Part shown: positions 1 through 8,367 of the stretch, in pieces
How the letters are laid out: every line of letters starts with the position of its first letter
How positions within the stretch are numbered: position 1 is the stretch's first letter
NCBI GenBank assembly: GCA_016196545.1
Contig: JACPXM010000007.1
Span: 1-44,074 of the forward strand
Direction: 5' to 3'
Length of the DNA stretch: 44,074 nt
DNA from: Candidatus Omnitrophota bacterium
GTDB lineage: Bacteria; Omnitrophota; Omnitrophia; Omnitrophales; Aquincolibacteriaceae
Program-made: the position numbers and the translations under genes
The notes under the pieces: model-generated
Database searches by the model: none
Seen by the model: only the letters and a program-made list of their open reading frames with translations
Told to the model about the DNA's origin: nothing

Positions 1-1292
1 GTACTCTTGCAATAATCAAGCTTCATGGGAATAATCCCACGAAAAAGTGCAAGACGGCGGCAAACCTCTGGGAGCGGTGTAAAAGCCAGGATGGACAGTG
101 TCCGTTCAAATTTAGAAACTGAAATCGCCGTTTTACCGCTTTGCGTAAATGCGACGATCGCTCTTGCATCAATGTCTGCCGCAGCATTTTGGGCCGCATG
201 AGCAATGGCACAAATCGGATGGTCCTTGCGTCTAACCATTTTTCTGGGAACCACTTCCTGCAATTGCAGATGCCGCTCGGCTTCAAGGATAATTTCCGTC
301 ATCATACGGACAACTTCAACCGGATATTTCCCGATCGACGTCTCCCCTGAAAGCATGACGGCATCCGTACCATCAAAAACCGCATTGGCCACATCCGATG
401 CTTCCGCACGCGTCGGACGGGGATACTCCATCATTGATTCAAGCATTTGAGTCGCTGTAATCACGGGAAGATAACTTTGATTCGCACGCTCAATCAGTTT
501 TTTTTGGATTACCGGGACCTTCTGGACCCCAAGTTCAATCCCCAAATCACCTCGAGCAATCATGATTCCATCCGCAACAGCAATAATCGCTTCAAGCTGT
601 TCAACCGCTTTGGGCTTTTCAATTTTTGCAATGATGGGTATTTGTTTTCTAAAGGTCTTGAGGCAATCCTGCACTGCTTCAATATCCTGCGCAGTCCGCA
701 CAAAAGAAAGCGCGACATAATCCACCGCTTCGTCGGCCGCAATCTTAAGGACGGCATGATCCTTCTCCGAAAGCGCCGGTAAAGTCATCGGCGCATTCGG
801 AAGATTAATCCCCTTATTCTCACCCAAAATACCCCCGGTCAAAACCTCGCACGTTACTTCCTTGTCACCAACCTCCAGAGCTCTCAGATCCATCAAGCCA
901 TTGTCTAGAAGAACGGGATCACCCTTTTTTACCATACGCGGCAACTCAGTACAGGAGGTTGTAATATGGCACCTTCCATTACTCTTCCCCTCCTGGGAGT
1001 CAGAAACAATAGAAACAATCTGCCCTTTCTTGATCACAATGGGCTGTTGATCCTTCAAGGCGCCAGTGCGAATCCGCGGCCCCTGCAAATCAATGAGTAT
1101 GGGGATCTCTTTGGCGAGAGATTGTGAAATATGACGAATTCGCTTTATCCAATCAAGCAACCCTTCTAAAGAGGTATGCGAGGTATTGATTCTAAGCACA
1201 TCGACACCTTCCCGAATGAATGCTTTTAGAATTTTTTCGGATTCGCAGGCCGGGCCTACGGTCGCCACAATTTTTGTTTTTTTCATGCTCAT
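1..1292 (-). CDS. pyk: Pyruvate kinase (3' end runs off the window; absent from the ORF track)
   Basis: Manual translation from ATG 1292/1286: MKKTKIVATVGPACES...LRINTSH...PIIAKIEKP...DGIMIARGDLGIE...ATQMLESM...PTRAEASDVANAVFDGTDAVMLSGET, the classic pyruvate kinase signatures. Confidence 0.95.
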   Translation of the reverse strand, partial: MSMKKTKIVATVGPACESEKILKAFIREGVDVLRINTSHTSLEGLLDWIKRIRHISQSLAKEIPILIDLQGPRIRTGALKDQQPIVIKKGQIVSIVSDSQEGKSNGRCHITTSCTELPRMVKKGDPVLLDNGLMDLRALEVGDKEVTCEVLTGGILGENKGINLPNAPMTLPALSEKDHAVLKIAADEAVDYVALSFVRTAQDIEAVQDCLKTFRKQIPIIAKIEKPKAVEQLEAIIAVADGIMIARGDLGIELGVQKVPVIQKKLIERANQSYLPVITATQMLESMMEYPRPTRAEASDVANAVFDGTDAVMLSGETSIGKYPVEVVRMMTEIILEAERHLQLQEVVPRKMVRRKDHPICAIAHAAQNAAADIDARAIVAFTQSGKTAISVSKFERTLSILAFTPLPEVCRRLALFRGIIPMKLDYCKS

Positions 1293-1342
1293 CGCATTTT
1301 CCTGACGGCCCATCTTTAAAAGAGGAACGACAACAGCGCTTT

Positions 1343-2578
1343 TCATCGATTGCGGCTGTCTTCTAAAACAGGTTGAGGTACGGGTGTCACCGCCGGTAAA
1401 AGATCCATACATGACCAGCCTTTCTGGACCGCGCGCAGTAACACCAACGCCGATAAAGCGGTTCCGGCAAAAATTAGAAATCCCACTCCGTAAGAACCCA
1501 TGGTCTGTTTAAAAAATCCAAGCAAGGTCGGAAGAAAAAATCCTCCAAGCCCTCCGGCGGCGCCGACAATCCCCGTCATCACCCCGATTTCTTTCTGAAA
1601 CCGTAAAGGGACGAGTTGGAATACGGAACCGTTTCCCATCCCCAAAGCTGCCATCACCAGAAAAATGAGAAACACCGTTGCCGCAAGCGGCGGAAGAAAA
1701 GAAATTCCAAACATCAATAAAGCCACGCATCCAAAGAGAACACTGAGAATCCGGACACCGCCAAAACGGTCGGCCAGATACCCGCCCACCGGACGGATAA
1801 AACTCCCGGCAAACACACAGAGTGCAGTAATTTGGCCGGCCATGACTTTGCTTAAACCAAATTGGTCATAAAAGAAAATTCCAAGGAAACTGGCCATTCC
1901 TACAAAACCGCCGAAAGTAACCCCGTAAAAAAAACAAAACCAGAAAGTATCGGCTTCTTTAAAAACCAAAAAATAATCGGCAAGTTTTTTCGGTTTTGGC
2001 TGCGTAGGACTTTCTTTAGCCAAGAAAATAAAAACCAAAAGCGTGAGGGTCACGGGGATAAGCGCAAGACCAAAAACATTCCGCCATCCCACGATTTCTG
2101 CCAAAACAGGTGCAAATAAAGAAGCAAGAACAGTCCCGCTGTTGCCCGCTCCCGCAATACCTAGTGCCATGCCTTGATGCTCCGCAGGATACCACCGGCT
2201 TGCAAGTGGAAGCGCCACGGCAAAACTGCCGCCAGCGATTCCCAAAAGCAATCCAAAGGCCAGGACGGTTTGAAAATGAGGCGCAAAAAGCCAAATCCCT
2301 AAAAGGGGGGTAAAAACAATAAGCTGCCCCAAAATTCCTGTTTTTTTGGGGCCCAGATGATCGACTAAAAAACCCAGCGGAAGGCGGACCAAGGATCCTC
2401 CGAGAATGGGAACTGCGGCCATAAAACCCTTCTGGGCCGGCGTAAGCCCAAATTCTTTTGAAATATAAACGCCGAGCACGCCCATCAAAACCCACACCAT
2501 AAAACTGATGTCAAAATAAAGAAAAGCAGAAAATAATGTCGGAGGATGCCCGCTTTTTAAAAAATCCTTAATTCTCAT
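1343..2578 (-). CDS. narK: MFS nitrate/nitrite transporter (NarK/NasA, NNP family)
   Basis: About 12 hydrophobic segments; NNP motifs GIAGAGNSG, ALGMGNGSVFQLVP, FYGVTFGGF; lies in the nitrate assimilation cluster. Confidence 0.92.
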   Translation of the reverse strand: MRIKDFLKSGHPPTLFSAFLYFDISFMVWVLMGVLGVYISKEFGLTPAQKGFMAAVPILGGSLVRLPLGFLVDHLGPKKTGILGQLIVFTPLLGIWLFAPHFQTVLAFGLLLGIAGGSFAVALPLASRWYPAEHQGMALGIAGAGNSGTVLASLFAPVLAEIVGWRNVFGLALIPVTLTLLVFIFLAKESPTQPKPKKLADYFLVFKEADTFWFCFFYGVTFGGFVGMASFLGIFFYDQFGLSKVMAGQITALCVFAGSFIRPVGGYLADRFGGVRILSVLFGCVALLMFGISFLPPLAATVFLIFLVMAALGMGNGSVFQLVPLRFQKEIGVMTGIVGAAGGLGGFFLPTLLGFFKQTMGSYGVGFLIFAGTALSALVLLRAVQKGWSCMDLLPAVTPVPQPVLEDSRNR

Positions 2579-2592
2579 AGTTTCGTCTCCTT

Positions 2593-3978
2593 TTAAAAGG
2601 TAAGAACGGTTTGTGTATATAAAAAATTGGCGTCATCATGAGCGCCTGTGTCCTTGGCAAAAGGCCCCGCGAAAAAATGCGAATAACCGAGCATAAGATT
2701 CAAATGCTCAGTAAGTTTGTAAGTGCCCAAAAGATCAAGTTCCTCTCCCAATTGAGTGTCTGCATTCGCATTAGGCGCCCTGAAAGTGCCGCCTGCGGCG
2801 TTAAACCAGGCCGATTCCTTGGCATCCAGAAGGAACCAATGAAAATCTGAGGAAAGCTGAAGCCGGGTATGAGGTTTCACGCTTGTACCCACCATAAAAT
2901 CATTCATGTTTTTGAGAGAGAGAAAATCCATGAATCCATACTTGTTGTGGTTTGTCGGAAAAAGATTATCGAAGGTCTGGGATTTTCCATCGGTCGGATT
3001 GCGGTCGCCGGACGCGTGATTGTATTCGCCGTAAATCCGCGGCGTCCATGGCAGTTTCGACAGTGTATAACCGAGTGCCTGATGAAATGCCCAGGCCGCG
3101 ATTTCATCATGCGACCGGCTGCCAAGTTGAACCGCGTATTCAGTACCGTAATCAAAATCATATTCTTTCCCCTTAAACCGGTTCCCAAATGTGTACTCTT
3201 TAAGGGAACCATGCTCACCCGTCCGTTCCCCTGCGACGGTTCGATCTGTGTTGTCGCGGATAAAAAGAAAAGTGTCCAAGATTTGGCCCATATATTTCCG
3301 GAAAGGTTTCGTGCTGAGATAGATCCCGTAAGAATTGTCGCCATTCTGGGCCTGATCCCACTTTTCTTTTTCCACTTTCACTATGCGTGAGCCAAAAATA
3401 TCCAGTTGCACTTGGGGATTCGGATTAAAAATGAGTTTTAGAGCATCGAAAACACGGGCCGGATTCGTCCAATCAGAAGGACCGACGAAACGCTCATCCC
3501 CATAAGAAAGCACCTGGCGCCCGGCTTTTAAAGTTACGGGAGCCAGATGCCAGGGACTTTTGACCTCCGCAAAAAGCTGGCGAAGATCCAGCCAGTTCAC
3601 AAAGGTATTGGTTTTATCAACCTGGCTTTGAGCGAAGCTATGAGCCTCCTGGCCTTCAACAAAAAAATGCAAGGGCGTCTGGCCGGTATCCGAAAGATAG
3701 GAGACATCCATATTCAAACGATTCCGGAGTAAATGGAGAGAATCGTCTTCATAAGTGTTGTCGTTTAAATTGAAATCATCGCGATATTCGTAACGATAAC
3801 GCGATTGACCACCGATTTTAACTTTAACGCGGCTGTCGAAAAAAAGACGCGACTTAAAGAGGTCGTCGAGCTCTCGATCCAATCGATTAAAGATTTCCGG
3901 TTGTTGGGCTGCCATACAATGTAAAGGGCGGAAGAATATCCCCAAAATCAGCACGATGATGCTTCCCATGCGTTTCAT
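2593..3978 (-). CDS. Outer-membrane beta-barrel, alginate-export (AlgE-like) family; probable nitrate/nitrite porin
   Basis: Signal peptide; RYRYE, GRQVLSYGDERFVG, ASGD...TFDNLFPTNH motifs; C-terminal Phe; RBS AAAGGAGA. Confidence 0.75.
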   Translation of the reverse strand: MKRMGSIIVLILGIFFRPLHCMAAQQPEIFNRLDRELDDLFKSRLFFDSRVKVKIGGQSRYRYEYRDDFNLNDNTYEDDSLHLLRNRLNMDVSYLSDTGQTPLHFFVEGQEAHSFAQSQVDKTNTFVNWLDLRQLFAEVKSPWHLAPVTLKAGRQVLSYGDERFVGPSDWTNPARVFDALKLIFNPNPQVQLDIFGSRIVKVEKEKWDQAQNGDNSYGIYLSTKPFRKYMGQILDTFLFIRDNTDRTVAGERTGEHGSLKEYTFGNRFKGKEYDFDYGTEYAVQLGSRSHDEIAAWAFHQALGYTLSKLPWTPRIYGEYNHASGDRNPTDGKSQTFDNLFPTNHNKYGFMDFLSLKNMNDFMVGTSVKPHTRLQLSSDFHWFLLDAKESAWFNAAGGTFRAPNANADTQLGEELDLLGTYKLTEHLNLMLGYSHFFAGPFAKDTGAHDDANFLYTQTVLTF

Positions 3979-3993
3979 GTTTCTCCTTTTTTC

Positions 3994-4062
3994 ACGAATC
4001 CTACTTTCTGCATCGTTGCAGTAAAATAGAATCGTTTGAAAACATAAACGCCTTTGCTTATG
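3994..4062 (-). promoter_or_regulatory. ANTAR-binding dual-hairpin RNA element #2, upstream of the porin/narK/pyk genes
   Basis: Minus strand: CATAAGC-AAAGGC-GTTTATG (4062-4043) and CTGC-AACGAT-GCAG (4021-4008); both hexaloops have A1/G4. Confidence 0.75.
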
Positions 4063-4108
4063 GGTCGTTCTTCCCTTGTTAGGTTGATTTCCATCATTCC
4101 CTGCAACT

Positions 4109-6307
4109 TTACTCCAGCTTGTAAACCCGTACCGCCGCTTGTTTGTAATTGGGTTCGCGGGAGTAGGGATCGCACATGCTTACTGTTAAATTATTGGCAT
4201 TCGCTTCCGCATAATGAAATGGAATAAAGATTTGGCCTGGAGCGACCGTCTCCGTCACGCGCAAGACGATATGCGAAATCTTTCCGCGTCTGGACTCCAC
4301 GCGAACATAATCCCCGTGCTGGAATTTTAGCTTTGCGGCATCGCGGGCATTCATTTCCACCCAGGCTTCCGGCGACAAATTATTAAGAAGAGGGATTTGT
4401 CCTGTTTTGGTGCGCGTATGCCAATGCTCGACCGTTCTTCCCGTATTGAGCCAAAAAGGATATTCCTCATTCGGAGTTTCCGGAGGCGCCTCATTTTCCA
4501 CCACCCAAAGTTTTGCGCGGCCATCTTGGGTTTGGAAAACTCCATCCTGATAAAGGGGATGGCTTTTGCGGGGATCTCGCGTGGTCTTTTCACCGTAAGG
4601 CCATTGAATACCTCCCAATTTTTCAATCAATTCATAACTCATCCCGGAATAATCGCAAAGTCTGTCGGCAGATACTTTTTTCCATTCTTCAAAAGCATGT
4701 TCCGGTTTTGTCCATCCTGGAAAGAGTCGCTCAGAAACTCCCAACTCTTTGGCAATGGAAAGAAAAATATCGAAATCTGATTTGGCTTCGCCGGGCGGTT
4801 CGACGGCTTTATTGACCTTACTCACCCGCCGTTCTGAATTGGTATAAGTCCCCTCTTTTTCACCCCACACCGCAGCCGGCAGAACAAGATTCGCAATCTC
4901 ACTTGTCGGAATAGGATGATAGCCGTCCTGAACGACAAGAAACTCCAGCCTTTCAAGGACTTCCAAGAGATAATTTTGGTTTGGAAAAGACACAAGAGGG
5001 TTGGTAGCAATAATCCATAATCCTTTGATTTTTTTGCTCAGAACCGCTTCGATAATATCCGGATAGGCTAGTCCTCGGGAGGATGGAATGATTTCCTGCT
5101 CAACCCCCCAAAGTGCCGCGAGTTCAGCGCGATGGCCTGGATCTTCAAATTTACGATATCCGGGAAGGCTCGAGGCAAATCCCGATTCGCGGGTGCCCAT
5201 AGCATTACATTGTCCGGTAATAGAAAAAGGCGAGGCCCCAATCCTACCGACATTGCCGGTGATCAAGGCAAGGTTGCAAATCGTATTCACCGTTACCGTG
5301 CCCTGCGTGCTGTGATTCACGCCCATGGTCCAACCGATGAAAGGAGCTTTGGCTTGAGCGTAAAGCATGGCCACTTTTCGAATCTGCCGGGCCGAAAGGC
5401 CTGTGATTTCACTCACATAATCCGGCGTATATTTTTCAAGATGCTTGCAAAGCTCTTCAAAACCCTGTGTGTGTTTTTCGATATAGGCTTGATTGGCTTT
5501 TCCCGCTTTAATAATCACATGCATGATTCCATTGAGTAGCGCGATGTCCGTCCGTGGCTTTAAAGGAAGAAAGATATCGGCCATCATGGCCGTTTTCGTC
5601 ACACGCGGATCTGCAACAATGACTATTTTCTTACGATTCTTTTCAAGGCGATAACAAAGAATGGGGTGATTGTCCGCAATATTGGCACCGATCAGAAAAA
5701 CCAAATCCGCTTTTTCCAAATCCTCATAATTGCCTGGAGGGCCGTCACTTCCAAAAGATCTTTTATAGCCAGACACTGCGCTGGCCATACAAAGTGTGGT
5801 ATTACCATCATAATTATTGGTGCGAAATCCAAGCCGCACTAACTTTCCGAGGGTATAAAACTCTTCAGTCACAAGCTGCCCGGTGCTGATCACACCAAGG
5901 GCGTCCGGTCCGTAACGGCTTTGAATGGAACGGAATTTTTCCACCAAGGTCTGAAGAGCTGCTTCCCACGTGACTTTCTGAAATTTTCCCTTTCCACCTT
6001 TCAGCAGAGGCCACTTCGCACGATTAGGGGCGGTGATCGCATAATGTTCGGCAAGTCCTTTGGGACAAAGACGGCCTTCATTGACGGGATGGTCCGGGTT
6101 TCCGCGAACGCTCACGGGCTTGCCCTTTTTAACGCCGATAAACATTCCACATCCGACAGAGCAATATCCACAGGTGGTCGACACCCAGTGATCCGGTATT
6201 TTAGCCTTTGCCATATAGCCGAACTGCTCATCAACATCATAGGCATATTTTTCCTTTTGAATATCAATGCCCAGTCGCTTCTTTGTGGAGTTTAAAAATT
6301 TTTTCAA
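4109..6307 (-). CDS. Molybdopterin nitrate reductase catalytic subunit (assimilatory NasA/NasC/NarB type)
   Basis: CGYCSVGC...N-x-GRLCPKG Fe-S motif, DGNTTLCMASA, WTMGVNHS, TGQCNAMGTRE, EKEGTYTNSER, C-terminal LNTGR..HWHT domain; TTG start; no canonical Tat motif. Confidence 0.9.
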   Translation of the reverse strand: MKKFLNSTKKRLGIDIQKEKYAYDVDEQFGYMAKAKIPDHWVSTTCGYCSVGCGMFIGVKKGKPVSVRGNPDHPVNEGRLCPKGLAEHYAITAPNRAKWPLLKGGKGKFQKVTWEAALQTLVEKFRSIQSRYGPDALGVISTGQLVTEEFYTLGKLVRLGFRTNNYDGNTTLCMASAVSGYKRSFGSDGPPGNYEDLEKADLVFLIGANIADNHPILCYRLEKNRKKIVIVADPRVTKTAMMADIFLPLKPRTDIALLNGIMHVIIKAGKANQAYIEKHTQGFEELCKHLEKYTPDYVSEITGLSARQIRKVAMLYAQAKAPFIGWTMGVNHSTQGTVTVNTICNLALITGNVGRIGASPFSITGQCNAMGTRESGFASSLPGYRKFEDPGHRAELAALWGVEQEIIPSSRGLAYPDIIEAVLSKKIKGLWIIATNPLVSFPNQNYLLEVLERLEFLVVQDGYHPIPTSEIANLVLPAAVWGEKEGTYTNSERRVSKVNKAVEPPGEAKSDFDIFLSIAKELGVSERLFPGWTKPEHAFEEWKKVSADRLCDYSGMSYELIEKLGGIQWPYGEKTTRDPRKSHPLYQDGVFQTQDGRAKLWVVENEAPPETPNEEYPFWLNTGRTVEHWHTRTKTGQIPLLNNLSPEAWVEMNARDAAKLKFQHGDYVRVESRRGKISHIVLRVTETVAPGQIFIPFHYAEANANNLTVSMCDPYSREPNYKQAAVRVYKLE

Positions 6308-6319
6308 TGGGCCCCTACC

Positions 6320-7975
6320 TTAGTCGTGAAAAAAAGCCCCCGGCATATTTTTAGGAACCACTGTCACAAAAAATAAATACCTTCCCAAAAATTCTCCAAC
6401 GAGAGAAAAAAGAAAACAAACGAACCCAAGCCCAAGAAAGGCACTCCCCGCCAACGGGCCTGACTGCAAAAAGGCGAACAGCACAAAAGGGGAAATAAAA
6501 GACCCCAACACAAGCGCTGACAGCCGTATGAGAAAAAGCTTTTTGAACCGATGAATCAGAAGAAAGCTTGAGCCGTAAAGTTCATTCGACTCCATCCATT
6601 TAAACGAAAACAGTCTGGCTAGAAGAACGATCATTTGAAAAAAACCAGCCATGGTTGAAACCGCCAGAAATGCAAAAACCGGGGCCTTGGCAGCAAAACT
6701 TAGCGGGCCGGTGATCCGAAGAAAAACATAAACGCCATAAACTAAAAGGGCGAACAAAGGTCCTAAAATAAACCCCGTAAGAAAAAATCTCAGGGGGGTC
6801 CGGATCGTATTCCAGGCCGGTCTCGCAGGAACAAGATAGATTTTGGCGCTCGCATAGACGCCGGCGAGCCCAAAAATAACGACCACGGCACCAAGAAAAA
6901 CTATCGCATCATCGGGAATATTCCATTTCCAAAAATGCTTTGCCAATTCAAGCCCCGCATAAACTCCTCCCGTTTTGGAAAAAAGCGTAAAGAGAAGCAC
7001 TTCTCGCGACAGCCAGGAACGCTTCCACATCCGCAGGGCTTTATACGCATAAAGCGGCCGCCCCAGATGAAAAACAGCCGCAAAAAGCGCGACGCTCGTC
7101 ATCAAAAGCATGCCGACTGCTCCAAAGGGAAGAAAATCTTGAAGCGGTTTCAGAAAACCGATCCACCTTGAAAAAAATTCCAGCAGCCACAGCGTCATAA
7201 AACCTCCGGTGGCGAGCTGAGTCAAAACCGTCATCACGATTAAGGATGTGTGCGGCTTTTCGGGTTCAATGCGATGGCGGTTGGCACGAAGCAAATTTTC
7301 TGGGACATTGTCGGGAATCGTAATCCGAGTTGTTGAAATCGTCATTCTGGAATCCGGGACATGCGGCGCATCCGCTTCCTTGTGATTCTGCCGCCATTCT
7401 TCCACATTCACTTTTTCAATTTGAATGGCTCCTTGGGGACACGCCGCCACACAGGCTGGGAGTTCTCCGGCCTTCAAACGGCTGTGGCACATATCGCATT
7501 TCGTGACAATATTACGTTCAGGATTGTACTGAGGAACACCGTAAGGGCAGTTCCAGCTGCAATAACCGCAACCGATGCATTCTTCGGCTTTATGTTTGAC
7601 AATCCCATCTTCCAGTTTCACATAGGCATCTGTTGGACAACCTGTCAGGCATGCCGGATCAAGACAATGATTGCATGCCATGGAAAGATGAAAGCGTTTC
7701 GTATCCGGGTAAATACCTCCCTCCATTTCTCCGACCCGGCGCCAATTCACCGTGGCAGGATTGTTGTTCTGTTCGTTACATGCGACGACACAACATTGAC
7801 ATCCGATACAGAGGGTCATATCAAAGTGAAAGCGATATTGTTCCCCCTTCTTCAGCGGTTCTGCAGGGATGAGATTTTTCGGTGAGTAATAACCGTCTTT
7901 ACTGACACGGTTTTTAAGCGGCAGCTCACTTGAGTCCAGCAAATCAATCAAATTAAATTCTTCTGTTACGCTCAT
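6320..7975 (-). CDS. Fused 4x[4Fe-4S] electron-transfer subunit (DmsB-like) and DmsC/NrfD-type membrane anchor
   Basis: CIGCQCCVVAC, CNHCLDPACLTGCP, CIGCGYCSWNCP, KCDMCHSR...PACVAACP, followed by ~8 TM segments with HLGRP, SWLSRE and final EFLGRYLFF. Confidence 0.85.
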   Translation of the reverse strand: MSVTEEFNLIDLLDSSELPLKNRVSKDGYYSPKNLIPAEPLKKGEQYRFHFDMTLCIGCQCCVVACNEQNNNPATVNWRRVGEMEGGIYPDTKRFHLSMACNHCLDPACLTGCPTDAYVKLEDGIVKHKAEECIGCGYCSWNCPYGVPQYNPERNIVTKCDMCHSRLKAGELPACVAACPQGAIQIEKVNVEEWRQNHKEADAPHVPDSRMTISTTRITIPDNVPENLLRANRHRIEPEKPHTSLIVMTVLTQLATGGFMTLWLLEFFSRWIGFLKPLQDFLPFGAVGMLLMTSVALFAAVFHLGRPLYAYKALRMWKRSWLSREVLLFTLFSKTGGVYAGLELAKHFWKWNIPDDAIVFLGAVVVIFGLAGVYASAKIYLVPARPAWNTIRTPLRFFLTGFILGPLFALLVYGVYVFLRITGPLSFAAKAPVFAFLAVSTMAGFFQMIVLLARLFSFKWMESNELYGSSFLLIHRFKKLFLIRLSALVLGSFISPFVLFAFLQSGPLAGSAFLGLGFVCFLFSLVGEFLGRYLFFVTVVPKNMPGAFFHD

Positions 7976-8367
7976 TCTTCAACCGGATTGGAAACTTGAG
8001 AATTTTGATCCTGCCCCGAAAGATCACATTCCTGGTAAGACGCCTCTTCAAATGCAAGATAAATTTCGTTTCTCGCCACTTTTACCGGAAATGTTTTGAC
8101 CCGCCCGGTTCCGCCACTGAGCGCGCAGCCGTTTTCCAAATTGATTTTCCAATTATGCAGCGGGCAGAAAACATTTTTTCCAGCCACGATGCCATCCGCC
8201 AAAGGACCGCCCTTATGCGGGCATTGATTCTCAACCGCAAGATATTCCTCTCCCAAATTAAAAAGAGCTACGACGTGCTGGCCATATTGAACCTGCCGCC
8301 CTTCTTTTTCTGGAATAGCTCCTACCCCCGCGACTCGAAACCATTTGATTTGTTTTGTGCCGTTCAT
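7972..8367 (-). CDS. nirD: NAD(P)H nitrite reductase small Rieske subunit
   Basis: CPHKGGPL...CPLHNW Rieske motif; start at ATG 8367 overlaps the nirB stop (ATGA). Confidence 0.9.
   Translation of the reverse strand: MNGTKQIKWFRVAGVGAIPEKEGRQVQYGQHVVALFNLGEEYLAVENQCPHKGGPLADGIVAGKNVFCPLHNWKINLENGCALSGGTGRVKTFPVKVARNEIYLAFEEASYQECDLSGQDQNSQVSNPVEE

Noticed and set aside
6270-6307. Tat signal on the nitrate reductase (KKRLG)
   Set aside because: No RRxFLK consensus and no following hydrophobic region.
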